A stretch of DNA of 64,000 nucleotides, from assembly GCA_963797095.1 (NCBI GenBank), contig CAWCNY010000007.1, forward strand, positions 64,001-128,000, written 5' to 3'. This stretch comes from an uncultured Chloroflexia bacterium. GTDB taxonomy: Bacteria > Chloroflexota > Chloroflexia > QHBQ01 > JADMIH01. The position numbers and the translations under genes were made by a program. The notes below the pieces were generated by a model. It made no database searches and was not told the DNA's origin. It saw only the letters and a list, made by a program, of their open reading frames with translations. This document shows, piece by piece, positions 1-8,400 of this stretch. How positions within the stretch are numbered: position 1 is the first letter of the stretch; each line of letters begins with the position of its first letter.

Positions 1-1
1 A

Positions 2-493
2 TACCCCGAATGGCTCGATTATTGCGAAGACCTCGTTTTTGACATGGCACTACGCGAGCGGGGGAAGCGGTTCGCGTTCGCGCCGGGGGCGGTGGCGCAT
101 TTCAGGCCACGCCCGACGCTCAAGGCGTTTTTCGTGCAATATTACCGGTACGCCAGGGGCGACGGCAAAGCCGATCTGTGGCGCAAGAGGCATGCAGTCC
201 GCTATGCGACCTATATAGTGGGGGGTTGGGTGGCAGCCTGGGCCCGGGGGGAGCGCGGATCGGTTGCGGGCAAGTTGGCGATGGCGCTCATGCCGGCGGC
301 GGGCGCTGCTTATTGCAGGAGGCCATACGCGAGGTTATTGCCCACGTTGCGCGGGCAGTCTCCCGTCGCGACTCTCTACGCGCTGGCGCTCGTGCCGGTG
401 ATAAGGCTCACGGGCGATATAGCCAAGATGCTCGGTTACCCGGTGGGGGTGTGGTGGCGATTGACGCGCAAGTCTCGCGGGCATCGCAAGTGA
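2..493 (+). CDS. Glycosyltransferase family 2, C-terminal part (5' end outside window)
   Basis: Frame open from position 2: YPEWLDYCEDLVFD...FFVQYYRYARGDG, typical GT2 ED and Qxx(R)Y region followed by TM segments. Confidence 0.8.
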   Translation, partial: YPEWLDYCEDLVFDMALRERGKRFAFAPGAVAHFRPRPTLKAFFVQYYRYARGDGKADLWRKRHAVRYATYIVGGWVAAWARGERGSVAGKLAMALMPAAGAAYCRRPYARLLPTLRGQSPVATLYALALVPVIRLTGDIAKMLGYPVGVWWRLTRKSRGHRK

Positions 494-523
494 TATACTT
501 AAGGCGACAATCCTGGAGGTGTT

Positions 524-1330
524 ATGCAGGATCAGGTTGGTCTGATCACTAACGAAGGATATCACGAAAGGCTGATGCTGCTGGCGAAGTCGGCGGCGGC
601 GGGGTTCCGCAGCCTGTCGCTGGCGGCTGATGGCGGGTCGAGTGAGGATGTGGGTGGAGCGCTCTGCTGGTACTCGACTTCGTATGTGCCGGTGTTCAAC
701 GGGGCGGCCATCCTGGACGGGAGCCTGTTCACGCGCTCTACCATCAATCTTATCGAGCGGTATTTCAGGCACAGAGGGCGGCCATACAGCATCATGACGC
801 TGGAGGCGCTTGTGCCACGCGCCTCGGAGATGCTGGCACCCTTCAACTACGTCGAGTATGACAGCATGCCCGCTATGTGGTTAGAGGGAATGCCCGCCAA
901 CAACCCACCTCCTTCCCGCGAGGTGTGGATCAGGCAGGTCGATTCGCCGGTGCCGCTGTCGGTGTTCCGCAGGATTTTGAGCACTGTGTTTCACCTGAGC
1001 ATGCAGGAAGTGAATCTTGTGCTGGGGGAGCGGACGCTGACGATAGAGCATGTGCGGCACTACCTGGCGTGGGTGGGCAATACGCCGGTTGGCACGGCTT
1101 CGCTGGTGCTGTCGGATGGGATGGCGGGGGTGTGGAACGTGGGCACGATGCCCGAATACAGGCACAGGGGCGTGGCGGCCACCCTCATGCACCACATCCT
1201 GTCGGAAGCGCGTGCGATGGGATACAAGAGCAGTATGCTGCTGGCATCGAACGAGGGCCAGCCGCTATACGAGCGGCTGGGGTACGAGACCCTGAGCCAT
1301 ATAAGGGTGTTCGTGCCGCTCAGGATGTAA
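524..1330 (+). CDS. GNAT family N-acetyltransferase
   Basis: GGAGG RBS; acetyl-CoA motif VGTMPEYRHRGVA and LYERLGY. Confidence 0.9.
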   Translation: MQDQVGLITNEGYHERLMLLAKSAAAGFRSLSLAADGGSSEDVGGALCWYSTSYVPVFNGAAILDGSLFTRSTINLIERYFRHRGRPYSIMTLEALVPRASEMLAPFNYVEYDSMPAMWLEGMPANNPPPSREVWIRQVDSPVPLSVFRRILSTVFHLSMQEVNLVLGERTLTIEHVRHYLAWVGNTPVGTASLVLSDGMAGVWNVGTMPEYRHRGVAATLMHHILSEARAMGYKSSMLLASNEGQPLYERLGYETLSHIRVFVPLRM

Positions 1331-1390
1331 GTTCCAAGTTCCAAGTTCCTGGTAGTCGGTAGTCGGTAGTCGGAACTAGAGACTTGGAAC
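1331..1390. repeat. Composite heptamer repeat (GTTCCAA / GGTAGTC / GGAACT) between convergent genes
   Basis: gttccaagttccaagttcctggtagtcggtagtcggtagtcggaactagagacttggaac; ends are mutually complementary. Confidence 0.85.
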
Positions 1391-1798
1391 TTACGGTCGC
1401 AGCGCCTTCGGTATCCTGGTGTAGCGCCACTTCTGCTGGCGATTAGCCATTATCTCAATGTTCTCCCACACGTCGGGGCCTACATCGGGGCGGATTGTGG
1501 GAAGCCACTCTTTAACGCGCTCCCAGGTGTAATCCACGCTTTCAATTGCGTCGAAAAGAAGGTCTTCGCTCAGGAGGTTCTGATCTACCAGGGCACCTAC
1601 CATCTCCCAGTAGCCGAGGATGGTGGTCAGCATGCGCCATTCGTCGCTGCCTCTAGGGTATTTCTCATGCACCTCTGCCCAGGTGCCCGGCTGGAATTCA
1701 GCGTTGAACCACTTCTCCGACGCCTGCAAGTATGGGTCGAGCCTTAGCTTGAACAACCTGACCATTAAATGTGCGTCTTCTTGAGTGGGTATGCTCAC
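1391..1798 (-). CDS. DUF4760-like hypothetical protein
   Basis: AGGAG RBS then GTG at 1798; PTQEDAHLMVRLFKLR...LGYWEMVGALV...WENIE; upstream extension in ORF track is translated repeat. Confidence 0.7.
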   Translation of the reverse strand: MSIPTQEDAHLMVRLFKLRLDPYLQASEKWFNAEFQPGTWAEVHEKYPRGSDEWRMLTTILGYWEMVGALVDQNLLSEDLLFDAIESVDYTWERVKEWLPTIRPDVGPDVWENIEIMANRQQKWRYTRIPKALRP

Positions 1799-1813
1799 GG
1801 GTTGTCTCCTGAT

Positions 1814-1888
1814 GGTAGTCGGTAGTCGGTAGTCGGTAGTCGGTAGTCGGTAGTCGGTAGTCGGTAGTTCCTGGTTCCTGGTTCCTGG
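1814..1888. repeat. Heptamer tandem array (GGTAGTC)x~7 followed by (GGTTCCT)x~3
   Basis: Directly visible tandem repeat. Confidence 0.95.
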
Positions 1889-2001
1889 GTTGCTTTGCAC
1901 TATGGGTAGTTTTGTAGGGCTTGGGAGGCCAGTATACAGGTAGGAGAAGGTGGGTGGCAAGCCTGAGACGTGAGACGTAGCAGAAATGCGCCTCGCGTCC
2001 C

Positions 2002-2030
2002 TTGCCTGTGAGGGAGGTATTGCATATAAT
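2002..2030 (+). promoter_or_regulatory. Sigma70-type promoter of tyrS leader
   Basis: TTGCCT-17 nt-TATAAT. Confidence 0.7.
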
Positions 2031-2061
2031 GGCAGGCACAAGAGAATATACGCAGGTGTGG

Positions 2062-2322
2062 AACGAAGAAGAAGTAGCTGCGCGGTGGGCCTACCAGAGA
2101 GGGGGCGGGTGGTGCGAATCCCCAGGAGCCGCATGGCGAAATACACCTTCGGGAGCCTGCCGGGTTGCGCCCGTTACAGCGTGGGGTCGAGCGTGATACG
2201 TGATGGGTAATACGTGATACGTGAGACCGGCAGAGGCGCGGATCGTGAGGTCTGCGTGAAGCAACGGTGGTAACACGAAGCTTGTTAGCTTTGTCCGTCG
2301 CAGTGGCGGGCAAGGCTTTTTT
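2062..2322 (+). ncRNA. T-box riboswitch, Tyr specifier
   Basis: GA motif GAAGTAGC, AGAGA and GGTGCGAA distal motifs, specifier GAAA-TAC-ACC (2142-2144), CCGTTA, T-box GGTGGTAACACG (2266-2277), terminator hairpin plus T run 2288-2322; upstream of tyrS. Confidence 0.9.
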
Positions 2323-2485
2323 GTTGGCCTGGAGTACGTCCGGTTTTGGTACACGAAGAAGCGAAGAAGGACGAAGGGCACGGAGGATGCTTTTGGGTTT
2401 CACCATGGAGGCACTGAGTCATTCAGGAGAATGATACGCACTTCTAGCTTTGAACTTCAACCCTTCAAAAAACTAAAGGAGAGTA

Positions 2486-3883
2486 ATGGCAATGGATAAT
2501 CGTGAGGCTGTAGGGCCTGAGGAGCTGCATGCGGAGATTCGCGAGGAGCGGGAGGAGATGGTAGCGGAGGCTTCTTCCGAGATGTCGGAGGAGTTGAGCG
2601 ACCTGGAGGCCGAGGCTCAAGCGCGGTCGGGCGTGCAACTGGAGGAGGCCGAAAGGTGGCAGGGAGTGGATACGAGCGATGCCACGGTGCATGAGATCAT
2701 GACGCGGGGCGTCGTGGACGTGATCGTGCGGGAGGAATTGGAGAAGGCGCTGCGGTCTGGCCGGAAGCTGCGCGTGAAGCTTGGGATCGACCCGACAGGG
2801 CCGCTGCTGCACGTTGGACGGTCGGTGCCGCTGTTCAAGCTGCGACAGTTCCAGCAGGCGGGCCATCAGGTAGTGTTGATCATTGGAGATGGTACGGCGC
2901 TGGTGGGCGATGCTTCGGACAAGGATACCGAGCGGCCCCTCCTGACATCGGAGCAGATCGAGCAGAACATGGCGACCTACAAAGAGCAGGTGGGCAAGGT
3001 GCTCGACCTGGACAAGGTGGAGTTCAGGCACAACGGCGACTGGCTGTTGCAGTTGGGGCTGAAGGATTTGATCAGGCTGGCGTCGAAGTTCACTGTGGCG
3101 CAGATGATCCAGCGCGAGAACTTCTCGGACAGGTGGGAGCAGGGCAAGCCGATAGGGTTGCACGAGATTCTGTACCCGCTTATGCAGGGGTTCGACTCGG
3201 TGGCGATCAACTCCGACCTTGAGCTAGGCGGCACCGACCAGTTGTTCAACCTGATGGCCGGGCGGGCGTTGCAGGAGGACTTCGGGCAGCCGCCGCAGGC
3301 CGTGATGACCATGCAGATGATCCCTGGCACCGATGGGCGCAAGATGTCAACGTCCTGGGGGAACGCTGTTTGGATCCTTGACGATGCGAAAGAGCAGTTC
3401 GGCAAGATCATGTCGATGGGCGACCACGTGATCCCGACCTACCTGGAGTCGGTGACAACCATTCCTATGGACGAGGTGAAGCGCATAGAGGCCGGGCTTG
3501 CGGACGGAAGCGTGCACCCGATGGACGCGAAGAAACGGCTGGCGTGGGAGATCGTGAACCTGTATCACGGGCAGGAGGAGGCGGACCGCGCACAGGCCGA
3601 TTTCGAGGCGCAGTTCCAGCAAAGGGGATTGCCGAGCGATATACCTGAGGTGCAGATCGATCGCGTCCTGGTCGCCAAAGCCGACGAAGCAGGCGAGATT
3701 GGCATCCTCGACCTGCTGGTGAATACGGGACTTGCGCCCAACCGTAAACAGGCGCAAAGGCTGGTGGAGCAAGGTGGCGTCCGCATAAACGACGAACGCA
3801 TCACCGACCGGGCGCAGATGGTAAAGCCGGTGCCCGGAATGGTGGTGAAGGCGGGACGGAGCTTTGTGCGGATAGTAGAATGA
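2486..3883 (+). CDS. tyrS: Tyrosine--tRNA ligase
   Basis: KLGIDPTGPLLHVGR (HIGH-like), GGTDQLFN, KMSTS, C-terminal S4 domain; acidic N-terminal extension. Confidence 0.97.
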   Translation: MAMDNREAVGPEELHAEIREEREEMVAEASSEMSEELSDLEAEAQARSGVQLEEAERWQGVDTSDATVHEIMTRGVVDVIVREELEKALRSGRKLRVKLGIDPTGPLLHVGRSVPLFKLRQFQQAGHQVVLIIGDGTALVGDASDKDTERPLLTSEQIEQNMATYKEQVGKVLDLDKVEFRHNGDWLLQLGLKDLIRLASKFTVAQMIQRENFSDRWEQGKPIGLHEILYPLMQGFDSVAINSDLELGGTDQLFNLMAGRALQEDFGQPPQAVMTMQMIPGTDGRKMSTSWGNAVWILDDAKEQFGKIMSMGDHVIPTYLESVTTIPMDEVKRIEAGLADGSVHPMDAKKRLAWEIVNLYHGQEEADRAQADFEAQFQQRGLPSDIPEVQIDRVLVAKADEAGEIGILDLLVNTGLAPNRKQAQRLVEQGGVRINDERITDRAQMVKPVPGMVVKAGRSFVRIVE

Positions 3884-3962
3884 TCGCAAAGGTACAGGCG
3901 TAAGGTGGGTCTTGTGCCCGTTGCGCGCATCATGCTAAGGCATGGCAAGCCTCTATGCCTGG

Positions 3963-4073
3963 GTCATCCTGATACGAAGTGAAGGATCTCGATCCTCGCG
4001 TACACTCCTGGGTTTGGTACGCTCCCAAAGAGCGATCTTGAAGGACGTCATCCTTCACTTCGTTCAGGATGAC
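3963..4073. repeat. REP-like inverted repeat element
   Basis: GTCATCCTGATACGAAGTGAAGGAT ... ATCCTTCACTTCGTTCAGGATGAC arms between convergent genes. Confidence 0.8.
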
Positions 4074-4144
4074 GGGCCCTCACCTGGCACTTCGAGAACG
4101 GCATGCGCCTCTCCTAAGCGTGAAATGCCCAGCTTGATTCGTCA

Positions 4145-5152
4145 TCAGCGATCATAGCAACTCAGCACCGCATCCCAGGCAACCTCGCTTGTGAGAGCGC
4201 CCAGTGCCACGTCGTTCAGGGCGGGGTTGTCCACTTCGCCTGTGCTGATCGCCCACAGCACATCTCCATCGTAGACCGTGTGGAAGGGCTGGATTGCGCG
4301 GGCCATTGAGGTATGGACCAGGCGGGCGAACTGGCGCAAAGACCACGCGAGGCCCCGGTCGGCGTTGAGGCGCTGGTTGGTGACGGCTACGGTGAGAGTG
4401 GTGTTGCCGGGGGTGGGTTCGGGGGCGGGTTCTTCGGGGGAAGGCTGGCCCAGACGCAGGCCATCGACGAGGTGGTGGCGCTCGCCCGTGGTGGGGTCGA
4501 GGTTGCCTCGCACGACATTGCCCTGGCGGTCTACGATTGCGCCCACGGCGTTGACTACTGTAAAGACCGCCATACGCGTTGGACCGAACTGGCGAAAGGC
4601 CGCGCCCTGGCCCGAAGGCTCACCCTCGTGCGTTGGACGCAGTCCTTTGCCGACGGTGGCCGAGCATCCCGCCCCATGCGAGCCGAGCGGGAACCAACCT
4701 TCGCGAGCCGACCGGATGGCGGCGCGGCCCAGCGCCTTGTCCGGGTAAATAGCGTTGGGACGGCGCAGGTTGTAGTCGAAGATGATGCCGCCCGACACAA
4801 CGGGGATGTCGGCCCAGCCCGTGGCATACCCGCGCATAGCGAACATTTCGGCGACCACGCCGGAGGTGGCTTCTAGGCCAAGCACCGAGCCGCCCGCCAG
4901 GCAAACCGCGTGCAGGCGGTCGCGGCCCTCGGTGAGGATCGTGCCGTGTGAGCCGCCGCGCACATCCACGCTGCAATTGACGATCTTGCCACCGAATGAG
5001 AGGACAGTGCAGCCGGTCGGTCCCTCGCGGTATTCGGTCACACCGATCTGTAAGCCGGGGAAGTCGAAGCTGAGGATTGGGCCGTCTGATGCGGTCGGGA
5101 TGTAGGGAGTGAGAGAGGCGTTGTCGTTGGTCAGCGGGATTGGCGGCTCCAT
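4145..5152 (-). CDS. P1 family (DmpA/S58-like) peptidase
   Basis: GPTGCTV, DVRGGS, GGSVLGLEA, VNAVG, GNTTL nucleophile site, PFHTVYDGD. Confidence 0.9.
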   Translation of the reverse strand: MEPPIPLTNDNASLTPYIPTASDGPILSFDFPGLQIGVTEYREGPTGCTVLSFGGKIVNCSVDVRGGSHGTILTEGRDRLHAVCLAGGSVLGLEATSGVVAEMFAMRGYATGWADIPVVSGGIIFDYNLRRPNAIYPDKALGRAAIRSAREGWFPLGSHGAGCSATVGKGLRPTHEGEPSGQGAAFRQFGPTRMAVFTVVNAVGAIVDRQGNVVRGNLDPTTGERHHLVDGLRLGQPSPEEPAPEPTPGNTTLTVAVTNQRLNADRGLAWSLRQFARLVHTSMARAIQPFHTVYDGDVLWAISTGEVDNPALNDVALGALTSEVAWDAVLSCYDR

Positions 5153-5316
5153 TTGGGGTGCTCCTGTAAACCGAAAGGGTAGTTTGATCGTATTCTAACT
5201 TGCCTGTGCAAGAAAGGCAGAACTTCCGGGCGGAATCAGTCGTTATACTGATGCGAAGTCGCGGAGTCTATGCTAGAGTGTGGACGGCTGTACCAATTAC
5301 ATCGCGAGGAACCAGG

Positions 5317-5916
5317 ATGGATGCCCATACCGAGTTATCACCGCATTTGATAGAAGATTTCGTGCTGTCGTGCCACGGCAATTATCCGAGGGTGCGGGCT
5401 ATGCTCGACTACGAGCCGCGCCTGGTGAGCGCCAGGTGGCTGAGGTTTGACGAGAATGGGTTGGAGGCAGCCGGGCACATGGGGCGAGCCGACATCGCCA
5501 ACCATTTGCTGGCGAAGGGCGAGCCGCTCACGATCTTCGCCGCCGCTATGCTGGGGAGGACGGAGGATGTGGCGGCATTCCTGAAAGAAGACCCGTCACT
5601 GGCAACGGCAAACGGCGTGCACGGCATCTCGATTTTATATCACGCAGCCTTGAGTGGGAAGGTCGAGATTGCAGAGATGCTGGTGGCACATGGGGGAGGC
5701 GAAGGCGCGAGCCACGCGCTGCATGCCGCGGTCAGGCCCGGACACGCCGAGATGGTTGAGTGGCTGCTGGCGCGGGGCGGCGATCCGAATACTCTCAATT
5801 TTGAGGGGAAAACCACCCTCGATGTGGCACTCGCGCAAGGTCATAAAGCAATGGCGGACATATTGAGGTTGAAGGGTACAATTGAAAGCCCTTTGGAGCA
5901 CGATATGGGCGCATAG
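5317..5916 (+). CDS. Ankyrin repeat protein
   Basis: LYHAALSGKVEIAEMLV, ALHAAVRPGHAEMVEWLLARGGDPN, GKTTLDVA. Confidence 0.9.
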   Translation: MDAHTELSPHLIEDFVLSCHGNYPRVRAMLDYEPRLVSARWLRFDENGLEAAGHMGRADIANHLLAKGEPLTIFAAAMLGRTEDVAAFLKEDPSLATANGVHGISILYHAALSGKVEIAEMLVAHGGGEGASHALHAAVRPGHAEMVEWLLARGGDPNTLNFEGKTTLDVALAQGHKAMADILRLKGTIESPLEHDMGA

Positions 5917-6034
5917 GAAGCGGCGCGTAACAGAGCGGGGCTAATCTGCGGGCACGTTTAGTTTGCGCTTTCTGAGAAAAGCAGGTTATAATCTGCCGCA
6001 AATCAGTGTAACATCAAGTGGAGGTAGCTACACT

Positions 6035-6847
6035 ATGATGACCCGCTCAGTTCGTTCGCTTCTAATTACCGTCGCGGTCATACAGGCTTTGATTGGAGTG
6101 GGATTTGCGTTGCAGATAGGGTTCATTACGCAAATCTGGCCAATGCCGAACACAGGGCCGCTGTCACTTACACTTATAGGCTCTTTCTTCGTAGCAGCCG
6201 CAGCGTCAACGCTCTGGAGCCTGTTTGCGGGTGAGACGGGTTCGCTGGCAGGCGTCTTTCTCGACTATGTCGTGATCTTCGTTCCTCTGGCGATTTATAT
6301 GCTCCTGATCTCGGACGGCAACTGGGGTATCGTCTCGTTCGCGATCGCAGTAGCAATAGCAGCTGTATGTGGGGCAATGGGTCTATGGCAGACGCTTCTC
6401 TACCCGATCAAGGACCCGCGACCCCAACCCATGTTAGTGCGCATATCGTTCGTGATCTTTGTGGTGACGCTCATCTTCTTCGGTGGAGAGATGGTGCTGC
6501 AAGTGCCCAACATCCTGCCCTGGCAGGTATCGCCTGAAGGCTCAACGATCTATGGATTGATGTTCCTGGGTGCGGCAGCGTATTTCATCTATGCGTTAGC
6601 GCGCCCAAGCTGGATGAACTCCGGCGGCCAACTGGCGGGTTTCCTGGCCTACGACCTGGTGCTGATCTTACCGTTCATCGGCCATTTCCAGAAGGTAGAG
6701 GACCAACTCCTACCCAACCTGATCCTGTACGTGGTGGCGGTGGTCTACAGCGGGCTGCTGGGGATCTACTACCTGTTTGTAAACAGGCAGACACGCATCC
6801 CGCTGACAGGAGACGGCGGGATGGCAGCCTCGGAGAGTGCCAGTTAG
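6035..6847 (+). CDS. Multi-pass membrane protein with two-fold internal repeat
   Basis: About 8 hydrophobic segments; halves resemble each other (WP...IGSFFVAAA / LPW...YGLMFLGAA); GGAGG RBS. Confidence 0.75.
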   Translation: MMTRSVRSLLITVAVIQALIGVGFALQIGFITQIWPMPNTGPLSLTLIGSFFVAAAASTLWSLFAGETGSLAGVFLDYVVIFVPLAIYMLLISDGNWGIVSFAIAVAIAAVCGAMGLWQTLLYPIKDPRPQPMLVRISFVIFVVTLIFFGGEMVLQVPNILPWQVSPEGSTIYGLMFLGAAAYFIYALARPSWMNSGGQLAGFLAYDLVLILPFIGHFQKVEDQLLPNLILYVVAVVYSGLLGIYYLFVNRQTRIPLTGDGGMAASESAS

Positions 6848-6853
6848 CCCCGG

Positions 6854-8284
6854 CTAGAGCTTGAGGTTTACCCCTTCTGCTGCGAGGGCTTCATTCACGA
6901 TCCCCTTGATGCGCTCCAGGTCTTCCGCCGATTTGGTCGACTCGAACCTGTAGGTGATAGCAGGCTCGGTGTTGGAGGCGCGCACTAAAGCCCAGCCGGT
7001 GGGGAAGACCACTCGCACGCCATCAATGGTGATCACCGGGTATTCCTTCTCGAAGTATTCGCGCAGCTTGTCGACCAGGGCGAACTTCTTTTCCTCGCCC
7101 ACTTCGGCGCGGCCTTCGGGGGTGTTCCAGTAGTGTGAAGCGTCGGCCAGCCTATCCTGAATGGTGGCTTCCGAGTCGCCTATGGCTTCCAGGAGCTTTG
7201 CGCCCGCATATACACCGTCGTCGAAGTCGATAATCGGGTCGTCGAAGAACATGTGGCCTGAGAACTCGCCCGCGAAAGGCGCGCCCGTTTCGAGGCGCTT
7301 GGCGAAGACGTTGGTGTAGCCTGTGCGCCACATGACCGGCACGCCGCCGTGCGCCTCCACATCTTCCTTGAGGGCCAGCGAGCACTTCACGTCGAAGATT
7401 ATGTCTGAGCCGGGCTTGCGCTCCAACGCTTTGCGCGAGTAGAGGATCATGTACATGTCGGGCCACACAATAGACCCGTCGTCGGCGATCACCCCCAGGC
7501 GGTCGCCGTCGCCATCTATGCCTATGCCGACATCCGCGCCCTGCTTCTTGACCTCGGCGATCAGGTCCTGCACAAACTCCTCTTTGAGGGGGTTGGGTAG
7601 GTGGTGCGGGAAGTTGCCGTCCGGCTCGATGTAGATGCCGCTCACGTCGCAGCCTAATTCCTGGTAGATCTTCATGGCGGTGGGGCCTGTCGCGCCGTTG
7701 CCGGGGTCGATCACGACTTTGAGCGGGCGCTTGACTTTGACCGTATCAACAATGTACTTGATGTATTCATCGGTTACGGGGTGGTCGCTGAATTCACCAT
7801 CCCCATCGTGGAAGCGGTTCTCCTGGATCAGGTGAAGCAGGTCCTGTATGTCGGCTGAGGTGAGCGGGGCGTTGAGGCCATCGGCTGTGCGTTTGCGGCA
7901 CTTGAAGCCGTTATATTCGGCGGGATTGTGGGAGGCGGTGACCGCACAGCCGCCGTCCACGCCGAGGTACTTGACGGCGAAGTACATAACAGGAGTAGGC
8001 ACCATGCCTATGTTGATCACGTCCACGCCGGAATTGAGCAGGCCCTGGACGACGGCTTTCTGGAAGCGCGGGCCGGTTAGGCGGGCATCGTAGCCGCACA
8101 CTACCTGGAAGTTTTCGCCGCGAACGGGCTTTATGCCCTCCTGGTTGTGAAGGAATGTGCCGTAGGCGCGGCCAAGGTTGTAATAAACGTCCTCGTTGAG
8201 GTCCTGGTCTACGATGCCGCGTATGTCGTATTCGCGGAAGATGTGGGCGGGCACTTTGCTTGCGTTACCATCATGGTGGGTCAT
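6854..8284 (-). CDS. Phosphomannomutase/phosphoglucomutase
   Basis: FREYDIRG, TASHNP, DGDGDR, GEFSGH, RASNTEP; AGGAGG RBS before ATG 8284. Confidence 0.95.
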   Translation of the reverse strand: MTHHDGNASKVPAHIFREYDIRGIVDQDLNEDVYYNLGRAYGTFLHNQEGIKPVRGENFQVVCGYDARLTGPRFQKAVVQGLLNSGVDVINIGMVPTPVMYFAVKYLGVDGGCAVTASHNPAEYNGFKCRKRTADGLNAPLTSADIQDLLHLIQENRFHDGDGEFSDHPVTDEYIKYIVDTVKVKRPLKVVIDPGNGATGPTAMKIYQELGCDVSGIYIEPDGNFPHHLPNPLKEEFVQDLIAEVKKQGADVGIGIDGDGDRLGVIADDGSIVWPDMYMILYSRKALERKPGSDIIFDVKCSLALKEDVEAHGGVPVMWRTGYTNVFAKRLETGAPFAGEFSGHMFFDDPIIDFDDGVYAGAKLLEAIGDSEATIQDRLADASHYWNTPEGRAEVGEEKKFALVDKLREYFEKEYPVITIDGVRVVFPTGWALVRASNTEPAITYRFESTKSAEDLERIKGIVNEALAAEGVNLKL

Positions 8285-8400
8285 ATGGTTGCCTCCTGCT
8301 TTTTCAATTGTGAGGTTACGCCCTATTGTACAGCAAAGGGAGATTTTTGTGAGATAGAAATGTATAATACGCCCATGCCACCGCTCTATGTGAGACCTAG

